A DNA stretch of 64,000 nt from Lingula anatina (lineage: Eukaryota; Animalia; Brachiopoda). Below the pieces are notes generated by a model. The model worked only from the letters and a program-made list of their open reading frames with translations, was not told the DNA's origin and did not search any database. Below, in pieces: positions 35,101-47,507 of this stretch. A program made the position numbers and the translations under genes. Position 1 is the stretch's first letter. Each line of letters begins with the position of its first letter. Location of the stretch: NCBI GenBank assembly GCA_051362555.1, contig CM120641.1:19592001-19656000 (forward strand). Reading direction: 5' to 3'.

Positions 35101-38100
35101 TTCCTCACATGGGGTTTCCAGACTTTCCAAAGCAGTTTAATCCTTCTTTGTTTAAACTTTGCATATGGTCTTCCAACCCTTATTAGGGTTCACTATTATT
35201 TTAAGCTGGTGCCAATATGGTTGGCCAGTGACCGTATTTGTGTGAAGGCATTTGCTTATGGTGTATGAAATGGGATATCTGTAAAGCATTTGGCAGGCAT
35301 GCCCTTATAAGGCTTTGACTAGTATGGTAGGAAATGTAACTTGATACATGCCTGAGAAGGTATCTGGTAAAATGCACCAAAAATACACTCTCTGCTCATC
35401 AGGAGCAACTTTCCCTAATAGATGATCTGTAATTGACTTAACCAGGTAGATGAGATTGGCACACTACCAAAAGCAAACCCCATGCAATTTTGGCCCAAGG
35501 TAATATACCTTTTGCAGCTGTTCCTTCTTTCACTAAATATGCATCTACCTGTAGAAGTCAGTGAACTGGGATTTTTTTGCATGGCTCTTACCTTTGATGC
35601 CGCTTGGCATAAAATAGGAAGAAATAAAGGGGGAACTAAATGAGAAAAAACAAGAAGTTGCTGAAGTTATTTATATTTGTTTCCTTTATTGGTTTTTTTG
35701 TTAATAGTTTAAACAAGGAAGTTGTATCTTTGCCATTTTCAAATTCAAAATTCCAGCTGTGTGGATATTTTAAGAATAAATGAGGATTAACTAAACCAAA
35801 GGCTTAAATAAAGCAGGAAATCCAGATATCAGGCCCCAGAGATAGGTTTTAAACCTCCAAGTTTAACAGCTGCGAAGGGTGATAATGATATGGTTTAATG
35901 CAGTCAGGACCATATTTGGAAACAACATGGTAAAGGGGTGGGAAGGTCAACCTAATGTGGTGAGCAACTCGCGGCAGACAAGGGCACACCAATGTGTGGA
36001 TCTTTGAGGGCAGTTCATTTAGAAACAACACAGCCATAAATATCACCAGAAACACAGGTTACCTGTGTGTATAAAGACACTTTATTGGCATGATTTATGG
36101 CATCCTTAGTGAACACACCCCTAGGAGGTAACACACAGTCATGTGGCCTTTTCTTAATTTCAGATAGAAATGATCTTTGTGTATGTCTAGCTATGAATTA
36201 AATTATTTGTTGATTAAAAATGAAAAAGAACAGGGACAAAAATATTCATTGAAAACTTTCAACAAAAAATTTCATTGGGTAATTTTGTGGTAGTTTGAAT
36301 ACACGCATTAAAATGAAAAATTGATCATAGTCAGGATGAAACTTGTGTATTACCAGAAGCATTTATTCAAACAGCATACTAATTGAATAAGGGTAAATGC
36401 GCATGAATATTCAAATTTAAGAGGGCAGTTCTCAGTGATACAATGATATATTATAACCAAACTAAGAATAATCCTCTTATCTCTTTCATTCTGCAGAGAG
36501 CAACATATAGCATATCAAATAATAATAATATTTTTGTTTGATTTTGATGAAAATCGGAAATCCACTAAAGAGAGGATTAAAAGCATGCAGTGGCCAAATA
36601 TAAATTTATTTCTGTGTCCAATCCCAACTATGTTTTCTGCCCATTTGTAACTAAAGCAAGGAAGCAGATATTAACAACAGCAATAAATAGCGATTTACAA
36701 TATCAACATAGTTGTGCTATAATTCTAGTTTTTGTTTTTATTTTTTAGTGAAGTCTTGAATGATGCTTACTTGGCATGATAGTGTCAGAAAACTATGCCT
36801 ATACCATTGTGCTTATTCATTTAAAGAATGAAAACTAATTCTAACATGACAGAATAATGTATGAACCTGTGTGTATATGTTACAGACTCCAGAACCAGGC
36901 CAGAAATATGTAATGGCAGGTGAAAGCATTACACAATCCCAAGGTGGGCAGCAGCAAATGTCATCAACACCTCAGACCATCTCCATGACAACATATTTAC
37001 CACCTGCCTCATCATCTGCTGGCAGCACAAGTAATACGTCAAAACAGAGCAACTTTTCTATGCAGTTACCTACTGGGAATATTGCAACAATATTACCAGG
37101 TAATGGTAGGTTGATATTTTTATTTTTTGATTTATGTCAAATATTTCGACGTATGTTAAAATACTTAAACATTCCCTGGAGCATAATCCAATGTTTTAGT
37201 AGTCATATTAAGATGAAAACTGTTTAGGTTTGGTTATTTTAATATTAAAATTCATATTTAATCTTAATTAAATTGTATAAAGCTTAATAACTGACTGACA
37301 AATAGCAAATGAAAATCTGTGGTTAGGTTTAAAAGAAATTCAAATATATAAGCTTCAAATTATATTGCCACCATCTTTCGCCCTTCACCTTGCTTGCTTG
37401 CATGCTAGTCTTGATTATAATCTGATGCTGCAAACAATGCTCCACTCTGTCCCATTCCCTTTAGGTGTCCCTCCTGGTACCCCTTTTGCTATTGGTCCTA
37501 TACAACAACAACAAACAATAGGCCAGCAGCAGCAAACTGTCTACAGATTCCCTACACCTGCGGGAGTGATGTCCTTTGCAGGTAAGTTGGCCTTTAATGC
37601 TCATGCTCAAAACTTGCTTGGAATACATCTCTGCCATTTTCTCTGACACCCAAACTATATTGTTTCACAACTTGCATATCCCTTGTTTTGTTGTCATATT
37701 TATTGTATGGTAACCGCTAGCATCACTAATAAGGTTGAAAGTTTGCATACCTAACATCTAAATTATATTTCTGATGCTTTCTCTTTCTTGTATCAATGGC
37801 TCTTATGCTGAAAATAGTATGCATGCTTTGAAAATACTTTAAGGAAAATACAGTTTACCATAACAAACCTTGTATGTATGTGATTTTTATGTTGTCGACT
37901 AAGTATATGCTGTGACTTTTACGGACACTTACTATAATTTAGGTATTATTCTCGTGCCTATTTTACAGCCTCATACAACAGCAAACAATTCAGTTTGAAT
38001 TAAAAAATATAGAATGTCAGTTTTTATTAAACAAGGCATGGTTTTATGCCAAAAGTCGTTTTCTTAGTGTAGGTTCAAAGATAGTACTGAGGTTATTTTG

Positions 38101-41100
38101 TAGTGGCCATAATGACATATGACTTCAATATTTTCTTTTCTTTTAAACACAGGCCTTCCGACAACAACAACATCCCAGTCAGATGTTAATCAGAATGTTT
38201 CAAACACTACACTGTCAGTCATGTCTGGTAAGATTGATCTTACTTTAACTTGATATTATTTGTACTAGTAAACAAATAAATGAAATATATGTATGATGTT
38301 CACTTTTAGGTCCCTCTGTGGCTTTTTCCCCCCCAGTTTTCCTATTAAGTAATCGTCTAGCAAGCTTAGGTTCTATGTATATGACTAACAAAAATGTATT
38401 ATGGAAACCAGTTACGTGAGCTATTGATTTTCGAAGTACCCTGCATAAATGTTGTATGGTTCCAGGGAACACCACGTCTTCCTCCAATGTAACACCAGGC
38501 ACAGTAATGTACCAGACTCCTCAAGGTGTGGTGTATGCCACACCCACTACCATCCAGCTTAGTGCCCTAGCGGAGGGTGGTTATGTACTTAACCAGCCAC
38601 AAACCCCTACAGCCATTACACTTGCACAAGACCAGCACAATGGGACACAAAGTAAGAAAATAAACAGTAAATATGACTTAAGGCAGAGATGAAATTGGTT
38701 TTGATGTGGTTTAGATGATGATACAGTGATCAATTAGTAGCCAGCCCAGCAGGAATCCTCCTTACTATGTGAATTGTAGTTTGCATAGATTGATTTCTGT
38801 TGAGCTGGTGACGTGACTGTCTAAAGGCTAAAGCATAATTTTAACCACTTTAGAACCTGTTTTATATCTGCCATCTAGCGTCAAATCGAGTTTTGGCTTC
38901 TAGTTGCGTTTTGACGACTAGTCGTATTTTGCCGTCTGATCTGATAACGACGACGTCTAATCATGTTTTTAATGCGTGAAATTCAGAAATGCCTCGTTAA
39001 ATTCTAAAGTATCGCCGTCTGATCTGATAACGACGATGTCTAATCGTGTTTTTTATTCATCTGATCTGATAACGACGACGACTTATCATGTTTTTAATTT
39101 TTGTATAAACCGCCGCCCATACATAACAATGTTTTTTTCTTTTGACCAGCATACATTAAATTGCTTGCTGTATGAGAGAAGTTATGTAAAACAAAGATGA
39201 TATTTGGACAAAAATTATATTTTCTGCAGAGATTCATAAAAATGAGGGAGACAAAAATTCTTTCTTGATGTCATCTTATATCAGCTAGTGATGCTAGGGC
39301 AAAACTTCCTTGTCAGCATTTGTTATGTTGAAGGAATGATGATACAGCTAGGGAATGTTGATCTATTCTTTTACACCTCTTCTTTAATAAAAAGAAAAAA
39401 ATAAGTAAGAAAAGAAAACTTACATACTTTATTTAGATATGTCAAGGAGCATTCAACACATTTTCTCAGGGTCACTACAAAACAACTTGTGAGTGTAAGT
39501 TCAACCGATGCTATTCCAACACAAGGTTTTTATGGAAAGACCAAAGCTAGAAAGTGTAAAAGACCACATTGGTCAGAGTTATCACATTTTCAAACTTATT
39601 TTGTGCTGTTAACAGGTGAAAGTGTTTAGAGCAATAATCAGAAACATCTCTAAGGCAGTAAAAATAAATTGCTTCACAGTGGCAAGTCTTACTTGTTCAA
39701 ACAAACCATGTGGGATCAAAGTAGTTCCCAGATACCTGTATGGCAACCAAATCAAATAAGGCTGCACTGTCCAAAATTGAATTGAAATATGTTGAGCTGT
39801 CAGAGCACAGGAATCAACAAACTAAAGGGTTTATGTTATGTTGTTCTCTAAATGCAAGAAAGATGTTATATACAAATGAGTACGATCTGAGGCCCCTTTC
39901 ACATTGAGTGGTATGACTGTACCTGTCCACTTTGAGAGATTGCAGACTTAATAGCCCTGTATTTAATAGAATTACATAAGAAAATTAAATGGCGCCCCCA
40001 GCCCCCTTTCCCAGTATGCCAGTTAATTTAACTAAATAGCAAGATGTGAACTTAAGGGAGGGCTTGTGTAAAAAAACTATGGTGTAACTCTGTGTTAGGA
40101 TCTGTCAAATGGGATTGATCCAGTAAATTAACTGCTTGATGTGAAAAAGATATGCCTAAGACATTCCAGAAATTTAGATTTATTTCTGTAAAAAAAAAAA
40201 AAAAAAAAGAAATGAAAAAAAAATTAAATTTAAAAAAAAAGAAAAATAAAATAAAAGAATACCTGTCAGGCCAGAAATAGTAGTATCCTGTTTAAAAGCA
40301 TTAGATCATGCATTCTGTGTCATGACGTAACCTTGAATTACCATCTATCACTGCCTTAAGGATATTGTCACCCTTCGCCCAAAACTCCTTATTTGCTGCC
40401 TTACATACATTTTTTGGGTAATAAATAAATTTTCAGAGTTCATTGTCTAAATTAATTTTCGTGATAAAATCTTGTTCAGGGATGAAGTTATGCCCCAAAC
40501 AGATTGCCATCTCACCTCAAAATAGAAAGGTGTTTAATTGACACATAAAGCTTTGAGTTACCAGTGCATACATTGCAACGCAAAAATCTAAATGTCGATC
40601 TTTTATATCTTCAAGGTTTTTTTCGTATTTTTAATCAGCACAAAATAGATGCATTATTGAATAATTAGATGCAGGAAAAACATTTTCGATATCTGGATGA
40701 TGATAAAGGGTTACAATATCCTTAAAAGCTTGATTAATTAAAGGTGGTTGCATGTCTCTAGTTAAATCACATTTCTGTCTGAACTAAAACAGATATTATG
40801 CAATGCACCATATACATTGCACTCACTGCCTTGCCCCTATTCTGGTTTATAGATGGGTATTAACTCAGGAGTAAGGTGGAAGTGGGTAATGGACATTTGA
40901 TGGACTGAGATGGTGCTGGCACAGCATGTAGATACATTGTATTATGCCTCTCTTAGTTTATGGCAGAGTTAACTTAACATGTTTTATTTTCAGATGCAGC
41001 TCAACAGTATATCACCATTCCAGTCCCTGTATCACTTACCAATTCACAGGTAAAAATTGAGAATTGAAGATAATTTTTTTTTCTGTTTATATAGTTACTT

Positions 41101-41421
41101 ATTGTGATTATGAAATGAGTTAATTTTAACTTTTGCATTATTATTTTTTTTTTTTGTTGTTGTTGTTGGAAGTTGAATTGAAAGTTTTAGATTGAATGAA
41201 TGATGATGAAAAGAATTAAACATTAAGGTTAACAAACTGCACAATTGTTGGTTAAATTGTGAGAATATAGAGTACATAATACTGCTTTTTGTTTCAGAGT
41301 TTACATTCATTGCTTAATATTCTTTTCACAGTTGCTGCAGCCGGTTTTTACTCAGTCTGTATCAGGAGACTCGCCATCCACTATGACATCACACTTAGCA
41401 ACGACTGAGAAAAGAAAGTAA
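32180..41421 (+). CDS. SRF: Serum response factor (MADS-box transcription factor)
   Basis: MADS box KKTKGRVKIKMEFIENKLRRYTTFSKRKTGIMKK|AYELSTLTGTQVMLLVASETGHVYTFATRKLQPMITSESGKALIQTCLNSPD. Exons 32762/32804-33202, 34284-34541, 36886-37099 (or 37105), 37465-37581, 38153-38227, 38466-38651, 40994-41049 and 41332-41421. Probable extra first exon 32180-32215 (less certain). Confidence 0.95.
32465..35919. promoter_or_regulatory. Cluster of 8 perfect CArG boxes, CC(A/T)6GG, in the SRF 5' region and introns
   Basis: 32465-32474, 32484-32493, 33596-33605, 33620-33629, 35178-35187, 35303-35312, 35683-35692, 35910-35919. Confidence 0.8.
33991..34140. mobile_element. Small degenerate MITE with GGCC termini in an SRF intron
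   Basis: GGCCTGTTCAGAACCAAGGTGA pairs with TCATCTTGGTTCTAATCAGGCC. Internal IR GATCAAATATGGC / GCCATATTTGATC. Confidence 0.55.
38930..39100 (+). repeat. Three short direct repeats, likely internal to a degraded element
   Basis: TCTGATCTGATAACGACGA at about 38935, 39017 and 39060. Confidence 0.7.
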
Positions 41422-42905
41422 TGTGTACACATTTACCAGTATTACCATTGGGGAGATTTATGCCAATATTGAAATTCAATGGACAGTTGGATTATAATTG
41501 GTTGAAATATATGAAGAAAGTCCAGGGTCCCTTGTATTTCCTTGGAAGGCAAAATTGTTGGAGATAACCAGTATAAGTGAAGTTGTGAACACCTACTTTT
41601 TTATAGCATCAGTGCCCAGTTACATTTTACTATATGGAGTGGGCATGTCAGTTTACCTCTAAATATCCAGTTAATATGCCTGTGTGCGTGCATTCAATTC
41701 AGTAAGACTTGGTGTGAAAATATCATGACAATCCTGAATCCAAGCATTTTAATAGAATGATTGTTCCAGTAATTATGCAGTTCATCTTGTTATGCTATGC
41801 AACAGGGTTCGTGGATCTACATGCCACACATCAATCTGTAGGTCATTGACTTATCCAGGTCGTGGAGTTTAGTAAGGTTGTTGACTGTTGATTTCAAAAT
41901 AGGTTGGACAATTTGAATAGTGTTAATTATATAATGCATGTAAATAAAACTTATTAACTTTTGTATATGCAAGATACTGTAAATATTCTCAGTGAAGTAT
42001 AGAGGAAATATTTGATGATGCAATTTCAAGAACCTTGGTAATATTTTATCAGAATTGAAAACGCTTTCTTGGTTTCATCTGAAGTTTTATCATAATATGT
42101 TATCAGTTTTGCAGACTCTGTTGACAACATTTCTACTTTTTCTGATTACTTACTTACTAATCCTTTAAAGAGTTGGTTATTAACTGAGAAATTAGTTCAT
42201 TATTAGAGCTGATTTGTAATTTATGTAAATTTTGTTATCTGAACTACGCTGCAGATTTATTGAACCAAATTTTATATGATACAAAATGTGTGCAAAATGT
42301 CCACAAAATCAGTCTATTATTTATAATGAATGCTTACCATATAGTCTATTTGTTTATAAGTAGTTGAAATAATTGCACATCTGTTAATTTATATAGCTTA
42401 TTTGTAGTTTTCTATACTGTGACTGGATTCAGAAAAGAAAGGATTATTGTAATAGGACCCAGTTCTCATATATTTCAACTCTGGTGCCATATATTATTTC
42501 TGTCTGTTGTAATGTGAGCATGTTGTATTAGATTACTTTCCACAAATGAAAAATATCTGAAGATGTATGATCATGAATACAAATATTTTGGTTGTTCAAA
42601 CCACAAAGTAAGCCGTTAGGTTAAAGGTCTCTTTTGATCTCAATTGACAAACAGCATTTGAGTTTGGTAGACGGCTGCTGCTTTAGTCACAAAAAAGCAA
42701 TTTACAGTGATATCAACTTTTTGTAAAGTTTCTTTTGAAATTGTGTTGCACAATTATATTATCTTATAATTCTACTTATATTAAGTGCTGTACATAAAAT
42801 GTCTTAAAACATGTTTTGCTGGTTGATTTGAAATAATTCCGTGGTAGGTTTTGTTGAAATTTTGCATCATTCTAAATAACGAAGTCTTCTCTCCAAGGCA
42901 AAAAA

Positions 42906-45900
42906 AAACAAGGCAGCAAAGCTGTCAAATGTACAGACAAAAAGCAGACAATAACAATGCACAAAATAGGCCACTGTCAATTCTGATGCAAAAGTACATT
43001 ATGCCTAACTGCAAATTCAACATCAAATTTTAATTATGCTCAACAGGTAATACCAATGTAAGTGAAATGTGTAACAAGCGTAAGGCTTCAGGCCCATGGG
43101 AGTACTAGTTCACACTTTGAAAATGCCAGAATGAGAAAAATGAAAATTTCACATAAAACTGCTTAAATTCAATAAGGCCACACTTTTTTATTTTTATGGA
43201 TGACATCCTCTGGGTACCCCAAAATCGGTGCGAGAGGGCGAAAAAAAAAAAAACAGTCCAAAAAAAAAAAAAACTGCTTAAGTAAAGGAATGCTGTCAGT
43301 ACACAGCTGGAAACACAAATTTAACCACAGAAACACGTATCAAACTAACAATATGTCTTTATCCATGCTCTCAAAATATTAAAGCATTGTGAATACTTCG
43401 TAGAAATGTAAAAAAAGTCATGAATTGATATACTTCATATTACCAAATCTATTTAAGGTTATTTCATGCATTCATTTGGTATAGCAATCAATAAAACAAA
43501 TATCAATCAAACAGTGTGTCTTTATTTGTATTCTCAGAATATTAAAACATTTTGAACACTTCACAGAAATGTTTAAAAAATGATGCAAAGATATGCTTAA
43601 TACTACCAAATCTATTAAAGGTCATTTCAGACGATGCCATTTTGTCAACTTCAACTCACACGAAGCAGCTAAACTGTCAGGTGGCCTGTCCGACCTTCAG
43701 CCCACCAAATACCTCGACGCCCTTGTCGACCCTTTTTTCGCTACAGAAAACCTGGTATTAATGTGCTGCTTTATACAGAATGTCACAGAAATGTTTCGGC
43801 CGCCGCCAGCCTTTCGCACAATTGTAAAAAGGTGATATCTCCATGCCCAATATCAATGGCATACCAATCCAAAACGATGGCGCCCGTTCTCTTTATGACT
43901 TTTATTGTTGTGTAATTTGAAAGTAATCCTAGAGATGAATTTGACAGCAAAGTGGCCGCATTTCCACGTGGCGAAAATACGCATGCGCAGAAAGCTCATT
44001 TCCTTGCAAATTCAATAACAACGTTTGCGACAACCGACTTCGTTGGGGACTGGGGGGGGGGGCTTTTTTTTTTTTTTTTTTTGGAGAACGGGCGAAAATC
44101 CGTGCGCGCGCAGGATGTCATCCATAAAATTTAAAAAGTGTGGCCTAATAAATGATAACCCATTTGAGCTGGCTTTCTTATTTGAACTGCATGCCAATCC
44201 TACAAATCATACTTGTAAGTTGAAAATAATAATAAGTAACACAGTTTTCTTTTCATAATATTTGTAGTAGCAGTGCAAAAAGATTTTTGTCAATTTTGAT
44301 GTAACATTACATAATAAATTACAGAATAATTATCACCAATTTTTTATTATTGACTATAAATAGCATGGACATGTAGAAAATTTGATTACCATTTGGCTTC
44401 ATGTCCATGGGAGCTTCGAGTCCCACAATGAATATGCCAACATGATAAAAATAAATATTTCACTAAAAAGAAGCCAATTAGACTGCTTTTCCAACTCAGG
44501 CTGCATTTTAGTCCTTTGTTTCTTTTTTGAAAGTTTGACAATCATAAGTAACGTGGTTTTCCCATAATGGTCATCATGGCAGCAGCACCCAAAATTGTGT
44601 TTTCTTCTATTTTAATGCAACATTACATAATGCTTGACAGCATATAACCATCAGTTTTTAATAATAAAAGATCCATATCATGGATTTTCAGAAAATGTGA
44701 CTAGCATGGGTCTTAGAGCCCGTGGAGGTTCTAAGTCACACCTTGAAAATGCCAATATGTGAAAAATTAAATTTTCACAAAAGACTGATTAACTGCCAGA
44801 AAAATTTACCAAATAGACTACATTGCCCACTGAAGCTTTATTTAAGTCCCATGTTTCTTCCTGTAAGTTTGAGAACAGTAAGTGACATGGTTTTCCTTAA
44901 ATGGTCATCATGAGGGCAGTGTCCAAAATAGGGGTTTCTTCAAATTTTTGATGCAATATTACATAATGTTTAACAGGATAATAACCATCAATTTTTAATA
45001 ATAAAATATTAATATCATGGATATTCAGAAAATGTGCCTAGCAAAGGTCTTCAGGCCCATGGAACTTCAAAGTCACACCTTGAAAATGCCAAAATGTAGA
45101 CAAGACAGCACTGTCCTGAAATGTGTTTTTTTTTTTCATTTTTAACAATTTTTTTACATATAACAAAATTAACAATTTACTGCCATTTTTATATGATCAA
45201 CTAAGAAAATTGATGAGATGGGAAAAATATCAACAGAACAGTGTTTAATGTCCAATTTCCTCCATAAGAAGTTTCTGAACATAGTGAATGATTAAATCTG
45301 ACAAACTGCAATGATATGAGTTTATTTCCATTTTTGAAACTCTATTATACAATACATGATACCAAGTTTACCATCATTTTTACATAATCAACTAACAATG
45401 TTGTAAAGATGCAGGAAATGTCAAACAAACACTTTTGCGAATCTTATTAGTTAAATAATGAGACTGTTAACATGCCTAAGAATTGAATCTGAGGAAATGT
45501 GAAAAAACAGCATAACTTATAAAATAATGGCCCGATTATGCTGATTTTCGAACTTGACCTGTGTTTTAGTAAGAATGATTACTCCTGTGAGTTTCATGAC
45601 AACAGGCCCATCGGTTTTCCTTGGAATGTGTTAACAGTGTTGCATATATGCTAAAAAGTGAAAAAAACAGCATAACTACTAAAATAGTGGCCCGATCATG
45701 CCGATTTTCGAACTTGATCTGAGTCTTAGAAAGATTGATTACTCCTGTGAGTTTCATGACAACAGGCCTATCGGTTTTCCTTGAAATGTGTTAACAGTGT
45801 TGCATATATGCTAAAAAGTGAAAAAACAGCATAAATTCTACAATAATGGCCCGATCATGCTGATTTTCGAACTTGACCTGCGTTTTATTAATATTAGTCA

Positions 45901-46059
45901 GCTCTGTAAATATAAAGCCAAAAAGTAAAACTGTCTTCCACTAATGGTGTTAACGCTGAAAGTGCACGGCGACGGCGACGGCGACGGCGACATGATCGGC
46001 GACGACAGACGCAGGTGATGGCAATATGTACAGACACATCTGTGTCTGTACATAAAAAT
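42906..46059 (+). mobile_element. Large Helentron-associated (HINE-like) element with internal tandem arrays
   Basis: 5' end AAACAAGGCAGCAAAGCTGTCAAATGTACAGACA. Repeats of about 355 bp (44200-45100) and about 160 bp (45500-45890), a (CGGCGA)n microsatellite near 45967-46005, and a perfect 14-bp hairpin TATGTACAGACACA-TC-TGTGTCTGTACATA (46025-46054) that repeats the 5' subterminal motif. Confidence 0.8.
43176..44145. mobile_element. 970-bp non-autonomous TIR element with GGCC ends and TAA TSD (Zator- or PIF/Harbinger-like), nested in the HINE
   Basis: TAA|GGCCACACTTTTTT..TTTATGGATGACATCCT ... AGGATGTCATCCATAAAAT..AAAAAGTGTGGCC|TAA. Confidence 0.8.
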
Positions 46060-46778
46060 TGGATTCTTGTAAAATGCTCCAGAAATTGGCTGCCACCTGT
46101 AGTTAGTACTCCAGATTGTTTGGCCATCATATGACAGTGCATTTTGACAATTGTCTTTATTTATTTGGGCATTTTTAATGAAATGGAGTTTGGGCCCAGT
46201 ACCATCTTCCTGAATTTATAACAAAATACTACTTAAAACTCTCTGCTGACTAGAGTATATTTTTTTTAACCATTTCAGCAAATGAGTACTACAGTAAACT
46301 TCCATAGAGTGGGAAATGGCCTTTATACAGTTGGTGATATTCATAGAAGACCAACCTTTTTGTGTAAATTATATCTATTAAATCAAATCCCTTAAATTTC
46401 CCTGATGCTCTCATTGCCAATGAGTACAGACACGATTAAAGTCATGTAAAACAAATATTTAATAAACAAATCAAAAATAACAATCATAAGTTGTTATAAT
46501 TTAAGTTCCTAAAAATCAACAATACTTAAAAGGAAACTTCCCAGCTAACTTGATATGAATATGCCATAAAAACTATCATAAAAAAAAAATTCAATCAACT
46601 GTAATAAGAACAGAAAATCTTTGATTTTATAATTCTTGGTTCAGGACGAGTGATGTATCAAAATATTTGATGACAAGCATGAACAAAGAGAAGGTCAAAG
46701 TTTTTCTAAAATCATGTCACAACTGCTGAATCAGCGGTTTGTCAGGAATGGATGGGATAAGGGAAACTCATTCCTGGA

Positions 46779-46905
46779 TTAATACAAGTAAGAGTAACGA
46801 ACAGAAAACTCCTGGAAATCTAAATCCATTACTGTCTTTTCATTACTGAACTGGCATTTGTCAATCATGCTTGAAGGACTGCCCGTGTATCGCAACCAGT
46901 GTTTC
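46779..46905 (-). CDS. ACYP: Second, paralogous terminal exon of acylphosphatase (alternative last exon)
   Basis: Acceptor TTTGTTTCATTTAAG|G, same phase as the proximal exon. Encodes KHWLRYTGSPSSMIDKCQFSNEKTVMDLDFQEFSVRYSYLY*, clearly homologous to KEWLQKTGSPKSKIERSEFKNERTIEKTEFSSFNVRK. Confidence 0.8.
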
Positions 46906-47507
46906 CTTAAATGAAACAAAAACAGCAACATTGTGTGAAAATAATTTTATTTGAGATTCTATAGTATTACTATATCACATCAGCACAAAATAGGCAGGTG
47001 ATAAGTATAAAAACTTGAACAAAACATAACTACCTTACAATAATTTTTGAATCAAAGGTGTGGGGGGGGGGGGGAATAGCAATCTTGCCATGCCATGATG
47101 CAGTAATAATTTATGTCAGTTGCTTTCCATTCAGAAAGAACCTTACATTCACATATATAATAAAGTGAAAGTACAAAATATATGTTAATGGAACAATTTA
47201 GCTCTTGTCAGCCCTTCTAAGTATGTAGATTTTAACAGCAAGCACTGGCAAGCAGGTGGTGACATTTTGAAACTCGATGAACAATCAACAAGTTGAGATT
47301 AAAAGGTAAAGCCACAAATTAAAACAATCTAAGTACAAATACGGAATGTAACATTATTTTCATTGCCCTTGAGAGCCATATCAGATTTTTTGCACTGTCA
47401 CACAGGAAAAGGTTAAGACAGCCGTACTTTTGCTGAGTCTCCAGACAGCACAGTATTTCAAATAAATTATCAAGATTGATGTCTGTTGTATGGTTTGGTA
47501 ACTGCTG

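Noticed and set aside
43552-44258. ORFs within the GGCC/TAA element as a transposase
   Set aside because: Short, interrupted and without recognisable DDE motifs.
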